A stretch of 64,000 bases of DNA. Source: Ramazzottius varieornatus (taxonomy: Eukaryota > Animalia > Tardigrada). This document shows positions 50,930 to 61,599 of this stretch, piece by piece. Position numbers and translations under genes: made by a program. Numbering within the stretch: position 1 is the first letter of the stretch; each line of letters opens with the position of its first letter. The notes beneath the pieces were generated by a model, which saw only the letters and a program-made list of their open reading frames with translations, was not told where the DNA came from and made no database searches. The stretch lies in the NCBI GenBank assembly GCA_001949185.1, contig BDGG01000008.1, forward strand, positions 1,838,761-1,902,760. The letters are read 5' to 3'.

Positions 50930-51780
50930 GAATGCATGTCCCTGGCTGCACACGCCACCCACTCTTTCGTGGACAACCTCCTCGACAACAACGCCGGTCG
51001 GATCAGCATTGGTCTACGTTTCAGTGCCACGCCTTGTCGCTGTGGAGCCAACGTGGTTGAATACGGTCAGCAAAGTTTGCAAGTTCAGTGAGGTGTAATG
51101 ATGAAGAACCCAGGTCTGAAAAAAGACCTAGGGATAAATCGAGCTGCGATAACTCAAAACCCAGGATGGCGCAGTGGTCTGCTTATTCGCCATGTAAGAG
51201 GCTGACATGGATTCGGTTCCCAGCGCCGGCAAACTTTTCAGTTTCTCAGCGAGATGATCGTAGAAAAAAGCCACGACCTGTCGACCAAAGTACGATACGG
51301 ATAGTAAGACATTCCTATTACTTACAGTGCAACGGACGTTACTGCCGGCACAGCACGCTGAACGAATCGCTTAAACGTTGCATGACTTCCGCCCAAATTC
51401 TGGCCATCCTGGAACCTCCGGGCATCTTCAAGAAGGACAAATGGCGCCCAGAGGGCGTGACCCAGGTTCCGTGGAAGAACGGGAGGGAGCTCGTGTGGGG
51501 CGTGACAGTCGTGGATACCCTGGCCTTAACGAACGTCACAATGTCCCCGCTCAAAGCCGGATCCACCGCCGATGCCGCTCAAAAGAGATAGATTACGAAA
51601 TACCAGGTCATCGGAAGCCAGTTCCTATTCTGTCCTGTCGGACTGGACACTCTTGGACCATGGGGACCTTCTGCGACGGAGCTGTTTAAAGCTTTTGGAA
51701 GCAAACTGGACTCAGGGTCCGTGTTTCAAGCAGCGGAGTGTCAATATAACAGATATTCTTCACGGTAATTGTTATTCTAT
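50930..51780 (+). mobile_element. Decayed 3' part of an RLE-type (CRE-like) non-LTR retrotransposon
   Basis: LLDNNAGRISIGLRF..PCRCG, GRYCRHSTLN, LEPPG..RPEGVTQVPWKNGRELVWGVTVVDTLA, KY...DTLGPWGP; contains stops and frameshifts. Confidence 0.78.
51091..51324 (+). mobile_element. tRNA-derived SINE-like insertion (tRNA-like head about 51160-51231)
   Basis: A box TGGCGCAGTGG, degenerate B box GGATTCGGTTCC, cloverleaf-length spacing. Flanked by CAGTG direct repeats and interrupts the CRE frame. Confidence 0.6.
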
Positions 51781-52781
51781 TTTCCGTATTGTGCTGGGCG
51801 AAGTCGTTATGTTTTACATGCTAAGAAGGAAATTTCTGTGTAGTAGTAAAGACATGACCAATGAGGATTCCACGCAACAAGCGCATGCATCATCGCGGCA
51901 CATGCGCACCCCTCAGTGAACTTCGCTCGAACTTGAGTCAGTCAGCTGGTTGATCCCGTGAAGGGGAATAAGTCGGTTATTGAAAAAATTCACCTGTCCT
52001 GCGTCACCGGTCTTGAAACTGCCGACGCAAAACGAGTGATATCTAACGGTGACCGATCCATAAGCGTCAGGTAGCCTGAAGTGCTACTTTGACTTCAGGT
52101 CGGAACTTGTCTTACTTTCAGCCACGACTCGTAGTCAAGCCAGATCGTGACGTAATAACACCAGCCTGTGCCAGCAGTAATGTGATATATTCCCCAATTG
52201 TCGTGTCTCTAGCCTGCCGTAAAGAACTTCGGCACCTACACGCGCCTGGCCTGACTGTTGGCATGGACAACAGTTGGCAGCCGGCTGATAGCAGCAATGC
52301 TCGTTAAACTAAGCTGGCCATTGCCGCTTTCGGCCGGCTACCTTCTGTTTTGTCCATCCCAAAGGGTTAAGAAGGCGCGTGCACTGAAGCGAAAGTGTTT
52401 TCCTCTGCTAAGGACGAACTCTTCGTACTTGATGTTACGTCCTGTTTGCGATCTTTTGTTACGCAAACAAGCAAACGTGACCGGTGCTTTAGCCCATTTT
52501 TTAAACAAACATGTGCATCATCCTTTATGCTGATTTTGCGTCTTTGTCAAACAAATGGAAAAAAACTGAAATAAATGTAACAGTTTGTCTTTCCGCAACC
52601 TTGGATTTTCATGAAAGCTGCTTCTTGCCGGCTAGACAATGACCAAATGCTTCAACCGAAACCCCGTGTACTACTCACTGAAGCGAAGATTGAACTGCGG
52701 GCGCATTTGCGCCCATTCAGCGCGTTTTGCAATCTAAAGCGTGCCCTTAAAGTGTCCTACCGCCAGACCGTTCTTCCAGTA

Positions 52782-52915
52782 TAATGTATCAGTCTGTCTG
52801 TTTGCTGCAGTTGGTTACTGGGAAAGTGGATGTTTACAAACAGGTTTCTTTTCACTGTAATGTGTCAGTCTGTTTTCTATGCTGCAGCTGGTTCGCGGAA
52901 AAGTGGATGTCTACA
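52782..52915. repeat. Diverged direct duplication (about 57 bp x2)
   Basis: taatgtrtcagtctgt...gctgcag...aaagtggatgtytaca occurs twice. Confidence 0.75.
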
Positions 52916-53369
52916 GATAACTGCCGACTGTATTGTGCGAACTTAAAAATGTAACGTACGCCAGACACCGACGAGGTGTCGACAAGACAAGTGCACAAAG
53001 AAAAATGAAGAGGCACTTTCTGGTTGAGTTCCAAGAACGATGCCGAACAAAAGCTACAGTACTTTTTGTCGCAAAAACATTACAAAGAGTCTTTCTCAAT
53101 CGAGGAGACAAGTTTAAAGCGTTGTCGTTATTCACTTTGTCGTTTGAAGTGAGGTGCCATTCGAAGGACCTTTCTTGTTGACGAAAATATCCACCGCTCT
53201 CGTTAGCCATACAGAAATCCGTCCCGAGCAGTATTAGGCCGTCTTTCGCCAAAGTTTCTCTACTTAGTCTTCATCTTTTGTCCTGTTCCCTTCTACATTG
53301 AAGCTTTTCCTCACGCTTCCAGAGTAGTTACAAGGTTGCTGGTCCTTATCGCGGAGCACTTTCTGAAAA

Positions 53370-54722
53370 ATGTCCACACGTAACCGCCGAGCGACCTGTC
53401 CTACCTTGTACCCAAGCCTCGGTCGAGATGAAGGCGGTATGGAACCCAGAGTTGTATTCGATATTGAGTCGAAGATTACTGCCAAACCGCCGACGCATAC
53501 ACAAGCCAGTCGCAGACTTTCCGCGACTTCAATGATGATTTTGTCTAGCGATCCGGAAGTACCTTTGAAATCAATCGAAGAGGCAGCGGAAGTTGATCCT
53601 GACTCCTCGGTTAATTCTTTGGAGAACCCAACAAGCCTAGAACTCACCAGTTCAGATTCTCCCAACTCTGCCTCTACACGGAAATACTGTACCAGCCTTG
53701 GCCGTTTCGCCGGTATTCTGCTCGGCCTGTTCTCTGGCTTCACCAATTCTCTTATCGGTTTGCTGGTCAAGCTTGCTGATACTCGTGGTGTTTTCGAAAT
53801 CTCCACGTACCGCTTCGGTGTAATGCTCATCCCACCTACTCTTCTTCTAATTTACAACCGATTAAACCCTCTGGAATGGAAACTAATCAAGACTGCCGGC
53901 TGGCTGCTTTTTCTTCGTGGTTCACTGGGAGCCGCCGCAGAGTTCGCTCGCTACTTTGCCCTAAAGAAGCTTCCCTTAGCTGACGCGTCAGTGATAATGT
54001 ACAGCAGCCCAGTCTTCGTTGCTGTCTTTGGCCGAATATTTCTGAAAGAACCCTTTCGGTGGTCACATGCCATATCGATTATTGTGACGTTGACCGGATG
54101 CATTTTAGTGTCTCGACCTCCGGCTATCTTTGGATCAGTTGCCGCCGAATCTTCCGCTGACTGGTACGGCAAAATTTGGGGGTATGTCTCAGCACTGGGA
54201 TCCGCCATGTTTGCCGCTTCGGCCTACGTGGCAGTAAGGTACATGAAGGACCTCAACAGTCATATCGTATTATTTCATATGGGAGTTGTAGGAGTAGCTT
54301 CGTCAGCCATTACGGCAGGTGCGTTGAAGGAGTTTGGTCCTTTGTCGGACCCGAAAGAGATCGGTGGATTGTTTGGCGTGGGGTTGCTGTCGTGGCTGAA
54401 GAACGAAACGATGGTGCGCGCACTGCAACTGGAGTCGGCTGGCCTGATTGCCTTATTGCGGACTGGTGATATTGTCTGGGCTTTCATCTGGCAGATTGCA
54501 ATTTTCCGAACTGCGCCGCACTACCTAAGCATCATTGGTGCAGTATTGGTAGTAGCATGTGTATCGTTTTTGAGTATCAGCGAATCCCTGAAAAAGCTAC
54601 CGGCGGATTCCAAGGTCAGGCATTTTGTGGAAAACCTTATAAAACATCTCAAAGGAGCGAAGAACAGGATTTTCGTCAATCCTCCCAAGGAGACCGCATC
54701 CACCGCAATCTTTGTGAAGTAA
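53370..54722 (+). CDS. SLC35G1-like EamA/DMT transporter, intronless, 450 aa
   Basis: About 10 hydrophobic segments; LFLRGSLG, LPLADASVIMYSSPVFVAVFGRIFLKE, LVSRPPAIF, ALQLESAG motifs. Confidence 0.9.
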   Translation: MSTRNRRATCPTLYPSLGRDEGGMEPRVVFDIESKITAKPPTHTQASRRLSATSMMILSSDPEVPLKSIEEAAEVDPDSSVNSLENPTSLELTSSDSPNSASTRKYCTSLGRFAGILLGLFSGFTNSLIGLLVKLADTRGVFEISTYRFGVMLIPPTLLLIYNRLNPLEWKLIKTAGWLLFLRGSLGAAAEFARYFALKKLPLADASVIMYSSPVFVAVFGRIFLKEPFRWSHAISIIVTLTGCILVSRPPAIFGSVAAESSADWYGKIWGYVSALGSAMFAASAYVAVRYMKDLNSHIVLFHMGVVGVASSAITAGALKEFGPLSDPKEIGGLFGVGLLSWLKNETMVRALQLESAGLIALLRTGDIVWAFIWQIAIFRTAPHYLSIIGAVLVVACVSFLSISESLKKLPADSKVRHFVENLIKHLKGAKNRIFVNPPKETASTAIFVK

Positions 54723-55872
54723 ATCGAACTTCTCTGAGTTGCATATTATATGTTCGGCGACCAAAAGTTCGACATCACAAAATGTACGAGATACTGTATT
54801 CCCTCCATGATTTCGCGAAGTCACATGAAAGGCCTAGAAAGTAATTCCGGGCTGATGATGGCTCAGCCGGCAACCATCGGAGTTTATTCTACGGGCCTGT
54901 CGTGTGACTGCGCGAAACCTTGGAGGGAATACAGTACATGAATTTCGGTTGACAAGCAAAGTAAAGTTCAGAAACGGGTAAACACTAGCTTCGACCTCAT
55001 GGTTGGAAAGTAACTTTCGATACGATCTGTCTAGTGACATTGACGGAGGTTAACCTTTCTCTGTACTCGATACGATCTTTTTAGTGATATTGTCGGAGCT
55101 CAGGTGTTCTGTACTACGATTCAGAATCCCCGGGCTCCAGCTGATAACATTACTCTGTTTCCTCGATAGTTTCGCGAATTACGTGACTGTCGGCGTAAAA
55201 ATTACCCAGCGGGGATAAAGGATATCTGTGCCTTCAATGAACGGTTACTCGCCAAGCAAGTGTAGTAATGCGTGACAATCAGACAATGAGTGATATCGGT
55301 GCGCGTGTAATTTACTGGCATAATGACCCAACTCCCGAGACCATCGAAGGAATACAGTACACTGCACCGAGTTTTCAATGTATCCGAGTCATTATATGCT
55401 ATAGTTGCACGCCATTGTTTTGTTAAGCGAAGAATCACTGTTACTAGTGCATGACGCAAGTGACGGTCCCAGTTTAAATATCAAGCGTCCCCTTGCTCGA
55501 TAGCTCGGGAGTAATCACTGTTTAATCCTGAGTCTAGGCTATAAGAAGGAGCAGTGGGTGAGGAGGGGCACAGAGGGCGAATCTTCCATTTTGCTCCTTT
55601 TTTTGTCGGCACTTCTTTTCCTGAGGCTAACCCTATCAAGACTTTTGTTCAGAATGCGATTTCACACGGTTCTATCCTATTAGGTTCCGTTGCGCGTACG
55701 GAAATTAATATTCGTTCTCGTATGTCTTAAACATTAAATAACTAGCAATTGGTCCTGGCCACTGGAATGGCCCAGCGAGTGCATAAAGTTATCTTGAATG
55801 ATGACCCATTGATGGAAGAAATTGCCAGTTTAGCAACCCGATCAAGACCGAAACACACTAGAAAGCCAAAGC

Positions 55873-56360
55873 CAGTGTTGAACAAAGTACCGGTATTACC
55901 CGGTCATGCCTGTACTAAGTACCGATTTCGCAGTACTTGTACTTTACCAAGTACCGACCGCCGATACCTGTGCCTTACGGGAGGTATTTCAGGTTTTTAC
56001 CCGACCGGGTACTGAAGGCTGGCTGTAATCACCGAAATTACCGCGAAAGTACTAGACGCTTCGGTTCAGTTGTCAGAGATATTAGCATTTTCAGCCCAAA
56101 GCGCGGTGCTGCCCATATGGGACATGGTACGACGTTCGACCGTACTTCAGCTAGCACATGTGCGCACTCGCTCAATGCGAAGTATGAAGCCCATGCACCG
56201 ACTGTATGCCAGCGTTATGGTGTATGTAGGTGCGCACAGTAGTTTACCGGCGGTATTACTGTACTTGTGAATCTTGCCAAATAACAGTACTTTACCTGCG
56301 AGGCCAGCCGAAATACTTTACTGTATCGAGTACCGAAGAGCCAGTACTTGTTCAACACTG
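55873..56360. mobile_element. hAT-type MITE (GTAC/TACCG-rich)
   Basis: TIR CAGTGTTGAACAA; degenerate 8-bp TSD gccaaagc/gccagatc. Confidence 0.78.
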
Positions 56361-56957
56361 GCCAGATCAGACAAGCAGCGACCGGCGTATACGTGGTCGA
56401 GCGCGGGCTGTGCGCCTGTTACTAGGTGGCTAATGCAAGCGCAAGATTTTAGACTTGTAAATTTTTAAGCAATAAAATTTCGTCGCTAGTTGACTACCTT
56501 TCCTCGCTCCCGATCACCCCTGACCATCTCTCAAACGTGCCGAGAGTTGGAAAGAACAGTTGGGGAACAGACGATTGACAGACCTGGGATCTGTTGGCGG
56601 AACGGAAGCAGCTGTGCCAGATACTGCACCCGTTTGTTGCGACATTCCAGGTCTTCGGAATGCTGCAGGTTGCCGCAGACGGTAAGCAAAGCTCAATGAG
56701 TTTTCGGACTTTCAACTGGACGTTAAATGCCAACTAGGGATACTCAACAAGATGTCTTTGTGCAAGTTCAGCAATGATGTTTGACATTTGGTTTCTCGCC
56801 AATTTTCTCAGAATTTACAGATTTGTTTGTCTGATCAAAACCAGAAGTAGAAGAAAAAGGTAGCTCTTTTCTTCGACCACTTTACGTTCAGAACGGAGCA
56901 GAAAAGCACGATTCTTATTTCACTGTACAGATCTGCGTGGTGCTGAATACTGTACAT

Positions 56958-57834
56958 GAGGCTGCTTCAGTAGGATCCCTTTATTGCTGAAGTTTTTCAA
57001 CTGTTCAGGATGGCACTTTTTGTTTTTTACGCTTGAGTTTCCACAGCATCGTGCTCATGCAGTTGCAGGGAGCTTTGTGTAGTGCTTCTAACACAGCTGG
57101 TTTTAAGTGCGCTTGACCACCGGTCATCGAGGACGAGCAGTTCGGACTGGGGGTCTGAGTTGATCCGACAGCGTAGGTTGATGACAAGCATGTTTTGCGT
57201 AAATGCGGTGATATCTAATCCCAATTTTCAAGAAAAATTGTGCGTAAAAATTAGTTTCGAAAAAACGACAGATTAACATGGGCAACTAAGAAAATTCTTT
57301 TGCTTTCCGCGGTTTGTCAGCTGCGGCTCTTCCGGTATGTTCTGGCTTATCGGGTTCTACCGGATGAGTAAATGCTTGCTTGCTCCAGTTGTCTTCTTGT
57401 GTCGTTCAATACCTCTCTCAGTAAGAGGATTGCTCACTATCATTAATAACATTAAGCGTGATTGGGCCTTGTACTGATAAGAGATAACACTCATAACAGG
57501 CTGCCCAATTGCGCAGTAGGGTAACTGATACGACGCGTCGTACAGCTGTGTCGATACCCTTCAAAGCGATGTTCAGGAAATTAATGTGAAGAATCGGTAA
57601 ATTAATTCCAAAGATCATTTGCGTAAAAACTCTTTCTCTCCTACCTGTTAATTTCCCTCCCAGACGGGGTGTTACTATGGGACAAATTTCGGACAATTTT
57701 TTTTCACTTTTCATCGCGGCATTCTTCGGCTAACTCGGACTGAAGTCCCGAAGCATTTTCCTGATTTTCCATATGTCAGAAAAGACCCGTTTGGACACAA
57801 ATATGAAATGAAGGGATTCTACTGAAGCAGCCTC
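56958..57834. mobile_element. Unclassified TIR element
   Basis: About 24-bp TIR GAGGCTGCTTCAGTAGrATCCCTT. TSD ambiguous (acat/atat, or tga/tca). Confidence 0.65.
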
Positions 57835-57889
57835 ATATGATAGTTATATTCTTTCACAACCGGATGCTTTTATTATCAGAATGAAGCCC

Positions 57890-58409
57890 CCATCCATAGA
57901 ACGAGACGGGATGGAAGAAACGAAGCAGAAAAGGTTGTGGTTCGGTGAAAGGTGGCTGAATATCCCGGCTGAACGGGATAACTGAATAGGTGGTAAAGTG
58001 AACATAACACATCTTGGAAAGTCTTTCGATATGACGTGGCTGACTATCAGACTGTCATGTCAGCTTAATATATGAAATAACAGCCTGTCGGTAGGCCACC
58101 GACTTGGTACAATCTTTCGACGTAAGACTTAACCGAGTCGGTCGTTCTAGTCATCAATCCGGGTGAACCGGTTCCCCGAGAGCTAACACAAGTTAGTCAG
58201 ACAATCAATCAGATAAAGTCAAAGAGAAACAATAAAGAAATCAACAAAGTGAAGCAATCAATTGAAGGAAAATCCGATACGAATGTCAGTCAATCAAGCG
58301 ATCAAGGGCCGATTTTGGTTGACTGGTTGGCTAGATCGGCGTGCACATGTCATGCGCACAAATGTGCAATTTAGTGGACGCATCGTACGTAGTGCAACGT
58401 ACACAAACA
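57890..58409 (-). repeat. Second copy of the 18662-19140 repeat
   Basis: Colinear inverted similarity. Confidence 0.75.
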
Positions 58410-59222
58410 CGGTGTTGTTCCGATAAGACTTTTGCAGTTTAGGTTACAATTACGATTAATCAAAATCCTTCGCGTGGGCGTGGCCGTAATTCGAATTGCC
58501 GGTAGTTCATCATTACTGAACTGATGATTACGATTAATCGGAATTCAGCTTCCGACAGCAATTTGGATTATTTGAACTATTACGACGACGTTTTGTAATT
58601 CTCTGGGAGATGTGCTCGTGAAAGGCTTCTGCTACTTACCCATCTTCTGCGTATCGGACTTCCGCTTTACCTTGGATTTTCTGATTCATGAAGATGATGG
58701 AGATATCATTCCAAAAACTTGGAACAACAGATCAGCGATGGATCTGAACGTTTCACAGAGTCACTCGAAACTCATTCGGTTTCACTTTCGGCGGTGCTTT
58801 GCGAATTTATCTCCGCATCAAATCAACGATCAATGATCGTGAGAGGCTGACTGCGAAAATAAGTCCCGATGTGCCAGCCTCTGAATGCGCTAAATCCGGG
58901 GGCAGATTGGCGGATCGCACTACGGGCTTGACGCTAACAGTTGTGGATTTAACTGGCGAACTTGAACTTGCGATTTTACGGTAATGATGTGCAATTCAAA
59001 TCGACCGTAGTGTCTTATTCCGATTATGCTTATTTCAATTAAGCTATTGTGTGATTTGAATCACAATTAAAATACTCTCATCATGTGTCGTTTGAATTTG
59101 AATGCCGATTAATATCGAAATACGTTGGCAAAGGATTCTCAATTTGAATTGTTGTATCGAAATCCAAAAAGGCCAAAACCAGCCATCTTCAATTACGTTT
59201 TACGATAATCAGAACAACACTG
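58410..59222. mobile_element. hAT-type MITE, CAGTGTTGTTCC family
   Basis: CGGTGTTGTTCCGAT...ATCAGAACAACACTG; TSD cacaaaca/cacaaacg. Confidence 0.82.
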
Positions 59223-59317
59223 CACAAACGCGCTCGGACGGCTAATTTTCGGGTGGATTGAATGGATAATCCGGCAACAATATCTCCACGGTACTTGGTT
59301 GCGAGGACCTAGTAAGT

Positions 59318-60997
59318 TTACTTGAGTCGGTCAAGGCAGCGTTCCGTGAAACTCTTCATCTCGCGTCCACTTGACTGAGTAGGATAACTGCAAGACCAAG
59401 AGTTATCGGTTGTCAGAAGATGATCTGTGTGAAATCCGGAACGAAAAACGATACTGTACTCCCGCGATACACACGCCATACTCGTACGTACGTCAGGAAT
59501 GTGCACCTCCCGGGGGCAGAAAATTTGAACTTTATTGAAGCAATAATCAGTCGAAAAGCTGTACTCTAAAGAGGAATCTTCCGCCACTTCGTCACCACTG
59601 TTCTCTTCGATCGAACTAAAGCTAAATTCCAATGGCGCTTCATCATTCTCTACAGAAGTTTGTTCATTAGCAATCATATATGTTGGTTCAGGTAGAATTT
59701 GAGCCCCCACGAACGCGTTCTCGATTGTTTCTGGATTCACATCTGCCCAAGCTTGAGACACGAAGTCGATGAAGTCCTGTCGGGAGGGTTTACGAAGGTA
59801 TCCTTTACCTGTCAACTCTGCTCGTTCTTTTCGCCATTCATGATACGCTCGCTTCAGGTTAGCCTTAAATGGAGCGTTTATGCCCACGTCTAGCGGCTGA
59901 TAAGTGCCAGTCATTCCTCGAGGAATGAAAACTTGATCGACGTTCCTGCTTTCTAGAAGTTCTCTGCTTTCGAATTTCAGATGAGCTGCAAAATGGTCTC
60001 GAATGAGGTACAAGGTGTTCTGAGTATCTTCCTCGAACGACTGCTTTATCCATTCGTGATCGATCCTCGAATTCCACCAAGCAGTACGCGTACTGAAAAC
60101 GCGAACGTTATCAGGAATTTTCAGTTTTCCTAGAATGTTCGCCGACAACTGTCCAGTCTTCACGCCGCCTTTGAAGACGATGGCAGCAGGAAACTTCTGT
60201 CCGTCTCCCGTTACAGCAAGCCCAACAGTAAACCGTTCCTTTTCCCCTGGAGGTTGAATGACGTGCACTTGCTTCACTCCAATAGGAGACAACGTCTTCC
60301 CGTAAGTATTTTGCAGAAGAACGCTTGTCTGGTCGAAGTTGATGATCCGGCTAGGATGAGTATTGTTTACGCCAACAATTTCCTCTACGCGTTCCATGAA
60401 GACATGTTCTTCAAGCTGTAAGAACAGATCTTCAGCTAAACGTTTAAATTTCGAAAATAAGAAAGCCTGACAGAACATCAAGATTTTGGTACAAAAGCAA
60501 ACTATTGTTGTACCTCATCCGCTGCCGTCTTCGTCGTTTTTCTGCTCACTTTTGTTGTTGCCCGATAACTCAGACGGTATCGCTTCTTCAGGCTATATAT
60601 CCAACCGTTTGATACCCTGAAATTTTTCACGTTCAAATCTTTCGCGATTTGCGCTGCCCACTTTCGAAGGTCGGAGTCGCGTACAGGTAAGCTGACGTTT
60701 CTAGTCTTGATCACCTCGTGGTACACTCGCTTTTCCACATCTTGAAACATGAGTTTTCTGCGGCCTTTGAAAGTTCCTTCCGGTAGCTTTTTTCTGAAAT
60801 ATTGTCATCATAAGAGACAACTCCATTTCAAAATATTTGATCATCGAAGTCACTCACTTCCAATCTCTGATCGTTGTCCTTGGAATTTTCGCCACCTTCG
60901 CGTAAGACCACATCGACATCCCGCTTTCCGCCATAGCTCTCAAGTTCCTTACAGCTTCCGATACTCTGTACACCGAGCGGGTTCTAAATGTCCCCAT
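59318..60997 (-). CDS. pogo DD35D transposase, 3 exons, no premature stop
   Basis: ATG at 60997 and the same introns as copy 1; TAC at the codon that is TAA in copy 1. The frame exits the TIR and stops at 59318. Confidence 0.82.
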
Positions 60998-61212
60998 TAT
61001 GATAGGCAAAAAAGGTAGAGTTCAAGGGAGGATACCAAAGTAAAGCAGTGTTCAGACTCTTTCACCGGAAACACAGAAAACAGAAATTCAACAGGTCAAA
61101 AGAACAAGCTGATCAGACAATCAGCTCAGTTAACGCTACGGTACTTTTTTACTTGCAGTACTACTTTTCCTAATACAGAGGGAAGTATGGCGTGTGTATC
61201 GCGGGAGTACAG
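59454..61212 (-). mobile_element. pogo-superfamily transposon, copy 2
   Basis: Same 29-bp TIRs, TA TSD, 1759 bp. Confidence 0.95.
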
Positions 61213-61599
61213 TACCTAACCATCCAGCAACCGAATGAGAGCGTCCGGCGAGACGTTCGCTTTCCCAGAAGTGTGATTTGCTTGAATGTGAAAATCTTAT
61301 TGGCACGAGTGTGGAACACCAGCTTAAGCCACTTAAGAGCTTCCCTACCCAGAAAGTCTGAAATCCATCATTCTACTGCGAGTCAGCTCCGACTGGTCAC
61401 TGTTACGATAATACGCGGCGAAGCTGGGGCGAACTGGCTCCAATCAATGAGTTATGGCTTGATTGAGCGCAGTGGATGATCAATCAAGCTGGGCAATCAA
61501 CTCACCGCGCGAGTTGAACGAATTTCAACTCGAAAAGCAAATTTATTTTCTTCGATTTAACGGTCGCTTCATCTCGCTCCTTTGAAGTAATCCTTCTAG

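Noticed and set aside
51160-51231. Functional tRNA gene
   Set aside because: Acceptor and anticodon stems are poorly paired and the B box is degenerate; treated as a SINE head.
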